From an uncultured Eubacteriales bacterium (GTDB taxonomy: Bacteria > Bacillota > Clostridia > Oscillospirales > Butyricicoccaceae): a stretch of DNA of 64,000 nucleotides. Both the position numbers and the translations under genes were made by a program. The stretch spans positions 1,797-65,796 of the forward strand of contig CAJUGU010000002.1 in the NCBI GenBank assembly GCA_910586105.1, read 5' to 3'. Every line of letters starts with the position of its first letter. Position 1 is the stretch's first letter. Positions 1-8,927 of the stretch are shown here, piece by piece. Below the pieces are notes generated by a model. That model worked only from the letters and a program-made list of their open reading frames with translations. It searched no databases and was not told where the DNA came from.

Positions 1-969
1 CTGTCCGAGGATCAGGACGACCAGCGGATATGCGATCGCGGCGATCGCCAGCGAACTGAACAGCGTGCCCTTATTCAGCGCGGCAAGCAGCTTTTTCTGG
101 TCGGTCGATTCGCCCGTCCGGACGAGGAAGGTGCCGATCATGGAAACCAGCGTGCCCAACGCCGCCAGCGCCATCGGCACCGTCACCGCACGGACGCCCG
201 CTTCCAGGCCAAACGCCGCGACCCCCAGCGCCGAGGCCGAAATGATCGAGCCGACATAAGATTCGTAAAGGTCCGCGCCCATACCGGCTACGTCGCCGAC
301 GTTGTCGCCAACATTATCCGCGATCGTCGCGGGGTTGCGCGGGTCGTCCTCCGGGATGGAGTTTTCAACCTTGCCGACAAGGTCGGCGCCAACGTCCGCC
401 GCTTTGGTGAAAATACCGCCCCCAACGCGCGCGAACAGCGCCATGGAGGATGCGCCCATGCCAAAGGTCAGCATCGCCGAAGTCGTTTCCCGGATATCCA
501 GCCGGAAAACGCCGGTCAGCAGGAAATACCAGATCGACAGGTCGAGCAGCCCCAGCCCAACGACGGTGAAGCCCATGACCGAACCCGCCGAAAACGCGAC
601 CCGCAGGCCGCGGTTCAGGCTTTCCGACGCCGCCTGCGCAGTGCGGCAGTTCGCCGCCGTGGCGATTTTCATGCCGATAAAGCCGCTCAGCGCCGAGAAA
701 AAGCCGCCCGTCACGAACGCGAACGGTACATAATACGTCAGGAAGCCGCCAAATGCCATTGCCAGCAGCGCAACGAACATCACGCTGAAAAAGACCAGCA
801 CGACGCTATACTGCCGCTTCAGATACGCGGACGCGCCGTCGCTGATCGCTTTGGACAGTTCCGCCATCCTGGGCGTGCCCTTCGAGAAGCCGAGCACTTT
901 TTTTGCGGTGAAACCCACAAAAACCAGCGCCAGGATCGAGGCGATCGGTGTCAGATACATCATGGTCAT
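1..969 (-). CDS. hppA: Membrane-bound H+/Na+-translocating pyrophosphatase (5' part; runs off window)
   Basis: Manual minus-strand translation from ATG 969: MTMMYLTPIASILALVF...GGIFTKAADVGADLVGKVE...EDDPRNPATIADNVGDNVGDVAGMGADLYESY, the M-PPase signature motifs. Absent from the ORF track because the stop is outside the window. Confidence 0.95.
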   Translation of the reverse strand, partial: MTMMYLTPIASILALVFVGFTAKKVLGFSKGTPRMAELSKAISDGASAYLKRQYSVVLVFFSVMFVALLAMAFGGFLTYYVPFAFVTGGFFSALSGFIGMKIATAANCRTAQAASESLNRGLRVAFSAGSVMGFTVVGLGLLDLSIWYFLLTGVFRLDIRETTSAMLTFGMGASSMALFARVGGGIFTKAADVGADLVGKVENSIPEDDPRNPATIADNVGDNVGDVAGMGADLYESYVGSIISASALGVAAFGLEAGVRAVTVPMALAALGTLVSMIGTFLVRTGESTDQKKLLAALNKGTLFSSLAIAAIAYPLVVLILGQ

Positions 970-1358
970 AACATCTCATCCTTTCGCAAACGTTTCCCCT
1001 TTTTTGTTTTTACATTATAAATCAATTTCAAATATTTTGCAATATCTGAATCGTTAAATTGCTCTAATTTTTCAAATTTCGTGATTTCTTACAATTTCAA
1101 ACGTTTACGATTTTTCAATTCCGCGAAGGAAATCCTGCAAAAGTGTATTTTTTATGATACCTTCCCAGCGGACGCGCGTTTTTTTCCTTCGGAAAGTTTG
1201 ACGCCAAAAAGTCCGTTTTATCGTACTTTTTGTGCAACTCCTACAAATTTTATCCCCTTCCCGGTCGAGTGGGCAGTTTTTTTAAAATAAATTTGATTTG
1301 CTAATTAAATCGTGTTATACTATCTTCATATACAGGGACTTATAAAGGAGCTACGACA

Positions 1359-2417
1359 TTGAAACTACCAGAACTTCAGATTGGGGAGCTGACCGCCCGC
1401 CTGCCCATTGTACAGGGCGGCATGGGCGTTGGCATTTCCCTTTCCCGTCTTGCGGCGGCCGTCGCGAAGGCGGGCGGCGTCGGCATCATTTCCGGCGTCC
1501 AGATCGGTTTTCGGGAGCCGGATTTTGCACGGGATCCGGTCGCCGCCAATCTCCGAGCCATCGGCAAGGAGCTGCGGAAAGCGCGCGAGGCGTGCCCGTC
1601 CGGCGTGATCGGCTTCAATTTTATGTCTGTGATGAAAAATTATGAGCTGTACGTCCGCGAAGCGATCCGCTGCGGCGCCGATCTCATCGTTTCCGGCGCG
1701 GGGCTCCCCTTCTCGCTGCCCAGGCTCGCCGAGGGAACCCGCGCAAAGATCGTGCCGATCGTTTCCTCGGCGCGGGCGTGCCGTCTCATCGTCGGGAAAT
1801 GGCTGCGGCAGGGGCGTTTGCCGGACGCGGTCGTCGTCGAAGGCCCGCTTGCGGGCGGCCATCTCGGATTTAAATATCCGGAAATGGCCGGCGGGACTTT
1901 CCCCCCGCTTGAGGATTGTTTGACCGAAGTGCGGGAATACCTCGATACGGTCGAAGCAAAACAGCATACGCGAATCCCGGTCATTGCGGGCGGCGGGCTG
2001 GCCAGCCATGCCGATGTATGCCGGATGCTGGAGCTTGGCGCGGCAGGCGTGCAGCTGGGTACGCGCTTCGTCGTTACTGAGGAGTGCGACGCGTGCAGGG
2101 CGTATAAACAGGCGTATTTGAACGCGGGCGCGGAGGATATCCGGATCATCAAAAGTCCGGTCGGGCTGGCGGCGCGGGCGATTAACAACCCGTTCTTGCA
2201 ACAGGTCGAGGAACAGGGACGGATCCCGCCTGCGCGTTGCTATGGCTGTATGGATACGTGCAGCCCGGCGGAAACGAAATACTGTATTTCCCGCGCGCTG
2301 TTTGACGCGGCGCAGGACGGCAGCGGGCTGATCTTCTGCGGCGCAGGCGCTGCCAATGTGCAGGAATTGACCACCGTGCCCAAGTTAATGGCCGAGCTTT
2401 CCGGCGAACCGCTTTGA
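1359..2417 (+). CDS. Nitronate monooxygenase / FabK-like FMN-dependent oxidoreductase
   Basis: PIVQGGMGVGIS, EGPLAGGHLG, GVQLGTRF motifs; C-terminal CxxCxxxC...YCI; AAGGAG RBS before TTG. Confidence 0.85.
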   Translation: MKLPELQIGELTARLPIVQGGMGVGISLSRLAAAVAKAGGVGIISGVQIGFREPDFARDPVAANLRAIGKELRKAREACPSGVIGFNFMSVMKNYELYVREAIRCGADLIVSGAGLPFSLPRLAEGTRAKIVPIVSSARACRLIVGKWLRQGRLPDAVVVEGPLAGGHLGFKYPEMAGGTFPPLEDCLTEVREYLDTVEAKQHTRIPVIAGGGLASHADVCRMLELGAAGVQLGTRFVVTEECDACRAYKQAYLNAGAEDIRIIKSPVGLAARAINNPFLQQVEEQGRIPPARCYGCMDTCSPAETKYCISRALFDAAQDGSGLIFCGAGAANVQELTTVPKLMAELSGEPL

Positions 2418-2436
2418 GCAGTCTCGCCGAAGATAC

Positions 2437-2480
2437 AGACCGCCGCCCCTCCATAATCCGGAGGGGCGGCGGTCTATTTC
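2437..2480. terminator. Hairpin terminator between convergent genes
   Basis: AGACCGCCGCCCCTCC-ATAATCC-GGAGGGGCGGCGGTCT, perfect 16-bp stem. Confidence 0.7.
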
Positions 2481-2753
2481 AAAACTGGTATTCATATCGA
2501 TTCATATCCGGCCTGTGAATGCCGATTATTTTAATGTATGCTCCGAAACATTCGCCGCTGCCGCCCCTTCGTCCCGCCGTCCTTTTGGCGGGACGAAGCA
2601 GCACGCAAAATGGACGGCCGCCGCACCCATTCCCCGCCGCAGCGGTGAAAGGGAGTCCAGAGGGACGTTGTCCCTCTGGCGCCGTCTGCGTAAGACCGCC
2701 CGCCGCGCAGGCGAGCGCACCAGCCGCGCAGGCAAACGCCACGCCACCGGCAG

Positions 2754-3620
2754 TCACCCGCCGCCCGCCTTCCGGTAGGCCGACGGCGTGCAGCCGAAGA
2801 CCGCCCGGAACCGCTTGATAAAATAGCTGAAGTTTTCAAAGCCGACTGCAAAACCGATCTCCATGATCGGTTGGTCGGTCTCCCGCAGCAAGCGAGACGC
2901 GCGCTCGATCCGCAGGAAGTTGATGTGCTGCACAAAGGGCCGACCCAGGTTCGCCTTGAAAAATGAACAAAAATATTGCGGCGACATCCCGAAATGCTGC
3001 GATACGTCCGTTAAACGCAGCTGCTCGGTGCAGTGCTCGTTTAAATATGCGACGATCTCCCGCAGGAGCTGCGTTTTATAATCGCGCGCCGGACGCTGGA
3101 CGCTCCGCAGCAGGCCAGCCCCCGCCCCCTCGGCAACCAGCGTCAAAAGCGACGCCTTTACCCGCAGCTCGAAGCCTTCCCTTTTTTCCGCGCACGCTTC
3201 CATCACTTCATCCAGCGCCTTTTGCAGCGCCGGGTTCCCAGCTTCCCCCGCCCACAGCGTCGTGCCAAACCACAGCCGCCCATCCTCAAGCGGCGCAAGC
3301 AGCTCCGTCTGCGCCCGGTCCGTCCGCCGGAATTGCAAAAAATCTGCCGGGAATACAAATGACCGGAATTGCCCGCCATGCCCGCTCCGGATCTCGTGCA
3401 GCTCCCCCGTCCCAACAAAAAACAGGTCGCCCGCAACCCCCGTATATCGCTTGTCCGCGATCGTCAGCCCGACCTCCCCCGTCAGGATGCGTATGATCTC
3501 AAGCTCCGGGTGCCAGTGATATGGGATCACGTCGCCGTCCTGCGAGCCCGACACCGGATAAATCTGAAACGGGAATTCCTCGGTGCCGTGCGTGCGCTTT
3601 TCCAGCCGGGATGCGTCCAT
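2754..3620 (-). CDS. AraC family transcriptional regulator (cupin + HTH)
   Basis: HWHPELE cupin motif; C-terminal IGFAVGFENFSYFIKRFRAVFGCTPSAYR. Confidence 0.92.
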   Translation of the reverse strand: MDASRLEKRTHGTEEFPFQIYPVSGSQDGDVIPYHWHPELEIIRILTGEVGLTIADKRYTGVAGDLFFVGTGELHEIRSGHGGQFRSFVFPADFLQFRRTDRAQTELLAPLEDGRLWFGTTLWAGEAGNPALQKALDEVMEACAEKREGFELRVKASLLTLVAEGAGAGLLRSVQRPARDYKTQLLREIVAYLNEHCTEQLRLTDVSQHFGMSPQYFCSFFKANLGRPFVQHINFLRIERASRLLRETDQPIMEIGFAVGFENFSYFIKRFRAVFGCTPSAYRKAGGG

Positions 3621-3945
3621 ATTTCCGCACTCCTTTCAAAGATGTGAAAATCGTGTTAGTATTTCCTAAAATATTGCAAGCCCTTTTTCGCCTGCGACAC
3701 TATAATTATAGACAAGAAGAACAAAACGCGCAACCGTTTCCGTGAAATTTTCTCGGAAAGCGCTCAATTTTTTTCGGTTTCCGCCGCCTCCCCATACGGC
3801 CCCGGAGGCGAAAAATGAGCAGATTTGCACAAGCACGCCGCGGCAATTTCGGCGAAATTGCTAAAGTTCTCGGAACCTACTTGCGCAGTATCGTTCGTTC
3901 CCCTATAATAATCTTGAATCATCTTATAAAATGGAGGTCTGCACT

Positions 3946-4752
3946 ATGTACATGGATAAGGAAGTCAAGCGCGGCTATAACGAGTACATCCGGCTCGATG
4001 AAGGCGTTGGCAAGGACGCAATGATGGATGTCGCGCTGCTCGTGATGGAAGACGGCGACACCTACGCGTTCGAGGAAGCCGAGAAAGAACTCGCGCTGCT
4101 GGTGTTCGACGGCAAATGCACCCTGAAATGGGACGACGGTTCCTATGATGTCGACCGTCCCAACCCCTTTGACTACAACCCCTCCTGCCTGCATGTCTGC
4201 AAGGGCGTTCAGGTGGAAGTCGCCGCGCACGGCCCCTGCAACATCTACGTGCAGAAGACCCTGAACGACAAAACGTTCCCCAGCAAGATGTACAAGCCGG
4301 AGGATACCGACACCTGGGCGCGCGGCAATCAGGGCGAGCTGATGGGCTGCATCAAGCGCGACGTGCGTACCTGCTTCGATCTGGATAACGCGCCGTACTC
4401 CAACATGGTCCTCGGCGAAGTCGTCAACCTCCCCGGCAAGTGGAGTTCCTACCCGCCCCACCACCATCCGCAGCCGGAATGCTACTTCTATCGCTTCGAC
4501 CGCCCGATGGGCTTCGGCGCAGGCTGGGGCAACGGCGAAATCTATGAGACCCACCACAACGGCCTCGCCATCATTACCGACAAGATGCATTCCCAGGTCA
4601 CCGCACCCGGTTACTCCTGCTGCTATGCATGGGGCATCCGCCATCTGCCCGGCGATCCGTGGGATAAGACCCGCATCGACGATGAAGAGCACCTCTGGCT
4701 GCTCGAGGACGACGCCAACGATAAGATCTGGCACTGCCCGACCGGTAACTGA
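3946..4752 (+). CDS. iolB: 5-deoxy-glucuronate isomerase
   Basis: GKWSSYPPHHHPQPECYFYRF motif; adjacent to iolD; start chosen after GGAGG RBS. Confidence 0.9.
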   Translation: MYMDKEVKRGYNEYIRLDEGVGKDAMMDVALLVMEDGDTYAFEEAEKELALLVFDGKCTLKWDDGSYDVDRPNPFDYNPSCLHVCKGVQVEVAAHGPCNIYVQKTLNDKTFPSKMYKPEDTDTWARGNQGELMGCIKRDVRTCFDLDNAPYSNMVLGEVVNLPGKWSSYPPHHHPQPECYFYRFDRPMGFGAGWGNGEIYETHHNGLAIITDKMHSQVTAPGYSCCYAWGIRHLPGDPWDKTRIDDEEHLWLLEDDANDKIWHCPTGN

Positions 4753-4878
4753 TCCCGCCGCCGTAACGCCCCGCCCTTCCCACAAGCGGGGCCGCGGCCT
4801 TCCGGTCCCCCCTACCTTCGTTTTCCCACAGCACTTTTCCCATATACCCACATTTTCATCACTAGGAGGAGATACCCC

Positions 4879-6849
4879 ATGAAGCACATGGAAACCGTCC
4901 GCCTGACTGCGAGCCAGGCACTCGTCCGCTTCCTTGAAAACCAGTATGTCAGCTACATCGACATGGACGGGAAGGAAGTCGAACACAAATTCGTCAAGGG
5001 CATTTTCATGCTCCCCGGCCACGGCAATGTTGTCGGCTTCTGCAACGGCGTTGAACAGGAGCTCAAGGATATGGTCGTGTATCAGGGCAAGAACGAACAG
5101 GGTATGGCGCTCGCAGCCGTCGGCTTCGCCAAGCAGAGCCGCCGCAAGCAGATCTTTGCCTGCACCTCGTCCGTCGGCCCCGGCGCGTGCAACATGGTCA
5201 CCGCCGCCGCTACCGCTACCGCAAACAACATCCCCGTGCTGATCCTTCCGGGCGATATCTACGCTTCCCGCCAGCCCGACCCGGTGCTCCAGCAGATGGA
5301 GCAGCCCCAGAACCTGTCCATTTCCGCGCATGACGCGTTCCAGGCCGTCACCAAGTACTGGGGCCGCATCAACCGCCCCGAGCAGGTCATGACCGATATG
5401 ATCTCGGCCATGCGCGTGCTGACCGATACCGCCAACACCGGCGCGGTCGCGATCTCCCTGCCGCAGGATGTGCAGGCCGAAGCGTATGATTACCCGGTCG
5501 ATTTCTTCCAGAAGCGCGTTTGGCGCATCGATCGCCGCCCGGCGACCAAGTACGCCATCGACAAGGCCGTCGAAGTCATCAAGACGGCGAAAAAGCCGCT
5601 CCTGATCTGCGGCGGCGGCGTCCGCTATGCGGAAGCGCACAAGGTATTCAAGAAGTTCGCCGAAGATTTCGGCATCGCGTTCGGCGAGACGCAGGCGGGC
5701 AAGTCCGCGATCGAATGGACGCATGAGCTCAACCTCGGCGGTCTCGGCACCACCGGCGGCATCGCAGCCAACAAGCTCGCGCATGAGGCCGACGTTGTGA
5801 TCGGCGTCGGTACCCGCTACACCGACTTTACCACCGCTTCCAAGTGGCTGTACCGCACCGACGCGAAGTTCGTCAACATCAATCCGTCCGAGTTCCAGGC
5901 GTATAAGATGGACGCGACCCCGGTCGTTGCCGACGCCAACGAAGCCCTCACCGCGATCGGCGCGGAGCTCAGCAAGCTCGGTTATCACACCGACGACGCT
6001 TACAAGGCGGAAGTCGCCGCGCTCCGTAAGGAATGGTTCACCGAGGTCGAACGCCTCGACAACTGCAAGTACACCGATAAGGATTCCTTCGTGCCGGAAT
6101 GCAATGACGACAACCGCTGCGCTGTTGAAAAGTACATCGAGGATACCGGCTGCGACCTGTGCCAGACCACGGTGCTCGGCGCGATCAACCACCTGATCGA
6201 CGAGGACGCGATCGTCTGCGCGGCTGCCGGTTCGCTGCCCGGCGATATGCAGGGCCTGTGGCGTGCAAGCAAGATCAACACCTATCACATGGAATACGGT
6301 TATTCCTGCATGGGTTACGAAGTCGCTTCCGCGCTCGGCGCAAAGCTCGCCTGCCCCGATCAGGAAGTCTATGCGATGTGCGGCGACGGCTCGTTCGATA
6401 TGCTGCACTCCGAGCTTATCACCTCCGTACAGATCGGCAAGAAGATCAACGTCATGCTGTTCGATAACGCTTCCTACGGCTGCATCAACAATCTCCAGGT
6501 CGGCAACGGCAACGCTTCCATCACCACCGAGAAGAATATGCTTGAAGAAGGCGTTACCAACGGCATCCACAAGGGCAAGGTCATGCAGATCGATTACGCG
6601 GCGATCGGCGCGGCGTATGGCTGCAAGACCTACACCGTCAAGACCATGGACGAACTGAAGGCCGCGATCGAAGACGCGAAGAAACAGACCGTTTCCACGC
6701 TGATCGATATGAAGGTGCTGCCCAAGACCATGTCCAAGGGTTACGAGAACTGGTGGCGCGTCGGCGTTGCCGAGGTCTCCCAGAAGCCTGAAGTGCAGGC
6801 TGCGCGCAAGCGCATCGAGGAACACCTCTTCGAGGCTCGCCATTATTAA
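4879..6849 (+). CDS. iolD: 3D-(3,5/4)-trihydroxycyclohexane-1,2-dione acylhydrolase (TPP-dependent)
   Basis: [40 protein letters not shown]...N TPP motif. Confidence 0.95.
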   Translation: MKHMETVRLTASQALVRFLENQYVSYIDMDGKEVEHKFVKGIFMLPGHGNVVGFCNGVEQELKDMVVYQGKNEQGMALAAVGFAKQSRRKQIFACTSSVGPGACNMVTAAATATANNIPVLILPGDIYASRQPDPVLQQMEQPQNLSISAHDAFQAVTKYWGRINRPEQVMTDMISAMRVLTDTANTGAVAISLPQDVQAEAYDYPVDFFQKRVWRIDRRPATKYAIDKAVEVIKTAKKPLLICGGGVRYAEAHKVFKKFAEDFGIAFGETQAGKSAIEWTHELNLGGLGTTGGIAANKLAHEADVVIGVGTRYTDFTTASKWLYRTDAKFVNINPSEFQAYKMDATPVVADANEALTAIGAELSKLGYHTDDAYKAEVAALRKEWFTEVERLDNCKYTDKDSFVPECNDDNRCAVEKYIEDTGCDLCQTTVLGAINHLIDEDAIVCAAAGSLPGDMQGLWRASKINTYHMEYGYSCMGYEVASALGAKLACPDQEVYAMCGDGSFDMLHSELITSVQIGKKINVMLFDNASYGCINNLQVGNGNASITTEKNMLEEGVTNGIHKGKVMQIDYAAIGAAYGCKTYTVKTMDELKAAIEDAKKQTVSTLIDMKVLPKTMSKGYENWWRVGVAEVSQKPEVQAARKRIEEHLFEARHY

Positions 6850-6899
6850 GATATTTGCGGCAATCGCCCGCATTTCCTTCCGTTAGATTTTGTTGCTTA

Positions 6900-6927
6900 T
6901 CTCTGGCAGGCATTCGCCTGCCAGAGA
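6900..6927 (+). terminator. Stem-loop after iolD
   Basis: TCTCTGGCAGGC-ATTC-GCCTGCCAGAGA. Confidence 0.55.
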
Positions 6928-7072
6928 CAAATGCCTTACTTGGCAAAGTTCTACAAAGCCTTTGTCACACCATTTCTTTTTACATCAAAATCATAATCAC
7001 ACATAAAGTTTTAATTTTCTTAAAAGTTTTAAGATGCTTAAATCTTTTAATACAATTAGATGGAGGTTCTTA

Positions 7073-8122
7073 ATGAAAAAGATTGTTAGTATTATTACTA
7101 TGTTATGTTTGACTTTCATGATATCTGCCCCCGCTTTAGCGGTTTCTTCAGATTCTCCCTCAACGAATGTAATTAGTTCAATCAGCGAGGCTTTAGAAGT
7201 TGTTGAATATGATAAATCATTGTGGGGATTTGAAACTGTTGATTTTTCTAATATTTATATTGGAGACGCAATCTATACATATAATTATGTCGATAGTGCG
7301 TTTGAAGAATCAAATATAATTTACCCTATATTCAGTGATGATAATTTAATTGCGCTTTCTATTAGTCACGATGGTGCATATCAACAAATCGTGACTGCGC
7401 TTGTTGATGAAATCAATTACATAAATCCAGAACAATTGGCATTGGTATATGATGCAGAGAATTGCTATCTTTATGATGGTATTGACTTTCACCAAATTGC
7501 CCAAAGCCAAGAAATTGCTTCGGATCGTGACATTCTTCTAGTAGATTCGATTATGCTGGATACAGATGATATAGCATTATCAGATTTGGTTCCTGTAGTA
7601 AATCTTGACTATACCACCCCGCTTGATCGCGCGCAGACTTATTTCTCCTGCGCGGTAGATTATGTTTCTCAACCACTTAATTCTGATTTATGTTGGGCTG
7701 CATGTATTGCTTGTATCTCGAATTACGTTAGAGGAACACCTTTTACCGCTACAATGATAGCCGATGAAACCTGCGGTGAAGGGTATCTGGGAGCGGTATC
7801 TCCGGATGTTCTTCCACGCATGATGTATAATGAATATAGTTTGAATTATTCGCTTGAATATAGCGTTCCATCGGATTTGGTCATTCTCAAGAATATCCAA
7901 AAAGATTATCCGGTTTTAGCATTGCTTAACGGTAATTCAAGTAAAAAACATATGTGTGTTGTATACGGAATTAACCTTGTTAGTGGATACATCACAATAA
8001 TGGATCCGATATTTGGATTTACTACTGTGTACACAAAAAATAATAAATATACCTATTCGGATCCTACTCGGGATCGTACATGGACTGTTTATGGTGGGCT
8101 CTGCCGGTATTGGAGTGCGTAA
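7073..8122 (+). CDS. Secreted papain-like cysteine protease (signal peptide, pro-region, C39/C47-like catalytic domain)
   Basis: Signal peptide MKKIVSIITMLCLTFMISAPALA; SQPLNSDLCWAAC (Q...C), KHMCVVYG (H), IMDP (D); AT-rich DNA. Confidence 0.75.
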   Translation: MKKIVSIITMLCLTFMISAPALAVSSDSPSTNVISSISEALEVVEYDKSLWGFETVDFSNIYIGDAIYTYNYVDSAFEESNIIYPIFSDDNLIALSISHDGAYQQIVTALVDEINYINPEQLALVYDAENCYLYDGIDFHQIAQSQEIASDRDILLVDSIMLDTDDIALSDLVPVVNLDYTTPLDRAQTYFSCAVDYVSQPLNSDLCWAACIACISNYVRGTPFTATMIADETCGEGYLGAVSPDVLPRMMYNEYSLNYSLEYSVPSDLVILKNIQKDYPVLALLNGNSSKKHMCVVYGINLVSGYITIMDPIFGFTTVYTKNNKYTYSDPTRDRTWTVYGGLCRYWSA

Positions 8123-8124
8123 TC

Positions 8125-8562
8125 ATGGATTGCCGAAAACTTTTTATCGCCGCCGACGTGGTATGCTTTATCGTCGCCGCCTTCTTCCTATACCCGTATC
8201 TCGTGCCCGCTTATCCGCTTGCATCCCTGCAAAATGATGAAATCGAATCCATTTCATTCAGCTATATCGGCGACCCTCCGGAATATATCCTTTCGCCTGA
8301 GCTACAAGAGCAATGTGTCAGTGTGCTGCACAGTATTGCGGCATACAAAGAACCACAGGAACGCGTATACGTCGGCGAAGGCCCTCATTTTAATATCTTA
8401 AAAAAGGACGGCGAATGGATCCGCTTTGAATATGGCGATATTGTCGTTTTTATCAACGATATTCACTATCGGACGACGCGCAATGACGCTATGCATGATT
8501 TCCTCGACTACGATTTGCCTGCATTTATCGACAGTTTCGCGCAGAGCTGCCCTGCGGACTAA
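8125..8562 (+). CDS. Hypothetical protein with N-terminal membrane anchor
   Basis: ATG 2 nt after the protease stop; hydrophobic LFIAADVVCFIVAAFFLYPYLV; 145 aa. Confidence 0.65.
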   Translation: MDCRKLFIAADVVCFIVAAFFLYPYLVPAYPLASLQNDEIESISFSYIGDPPEYILSPELQEQCVSVLHSIAAYKEPQERVYVGEGPHFNILKKDGEWIRFEYGDIVVFINDIHYRTTRNDAMHDFLDYDLPAFIDSFAQSCPAD

Positions 8563-8631
8563 AATAGTTTTCTTTGCAAGGCTCGCTATGATTAAGATGC
8601 TGCCCGTTTCGGACGGTTCAAAGTGAATTTC

Positions 8632-8664
8632 AGGGGTACCCGCTTGCGGGTACCCCTATTTTTT
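8632..8664 (+). terminator. Rho-independent terminator
   Basis: AGGGGTACCCGC-TT-GCGGGTACCCCT followed by T-run. Confidence 0.8.
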
Positions 8665-8804
8665 GCGTTTATCGTCATTTTTGCGTCCATTTGCTTTTTG
8701 CGAATGCATGCCGCCGTGTCCTGTGGGCGCCGTGGCGTCCCCCTGCCGCGCTCCTCTTCCGCTTCGATGGAAGACGACGCATTCACGCCGCGTTCCGCTG
8801 GCAA

Positions 8805-8852
8805 CTCCCTCAGTCAGCCTTACGGCTGCCAGCTCCCTCGAAGAGGGAGCCT
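8805..8852. repeat. REP-like extragenic double-hairpin element
   Basis: CTCCCTCAGTCAGCCTTACGGCTGCCAGCTCCCTCGAAGAGGGAGCC; resembles the CCCTCAGTC...CAGCTCCC..GGGAGCC dispersed repeat I recall from Clostridia genomes; one copy here. Confidence 0.5.
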
Positions 8853-8927
8853 TTTCGTGCGGAAAAGGGCTTGGGGATTTCCCCAAGCCCTTTGATCGGT
8901 TTGCCTGTTTTCGGTTCGTTTTTCCGG

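Noticed and set aside
3919..6873. 984-aa minus-strand ORF, and similar long ORFs at 8691-10781, 24616-26868, 35030-37138, 42706-44526 and 55787-57196
   Set aside because: Antisense shadows of well-supported genes in GC-rich DNA; no motifs
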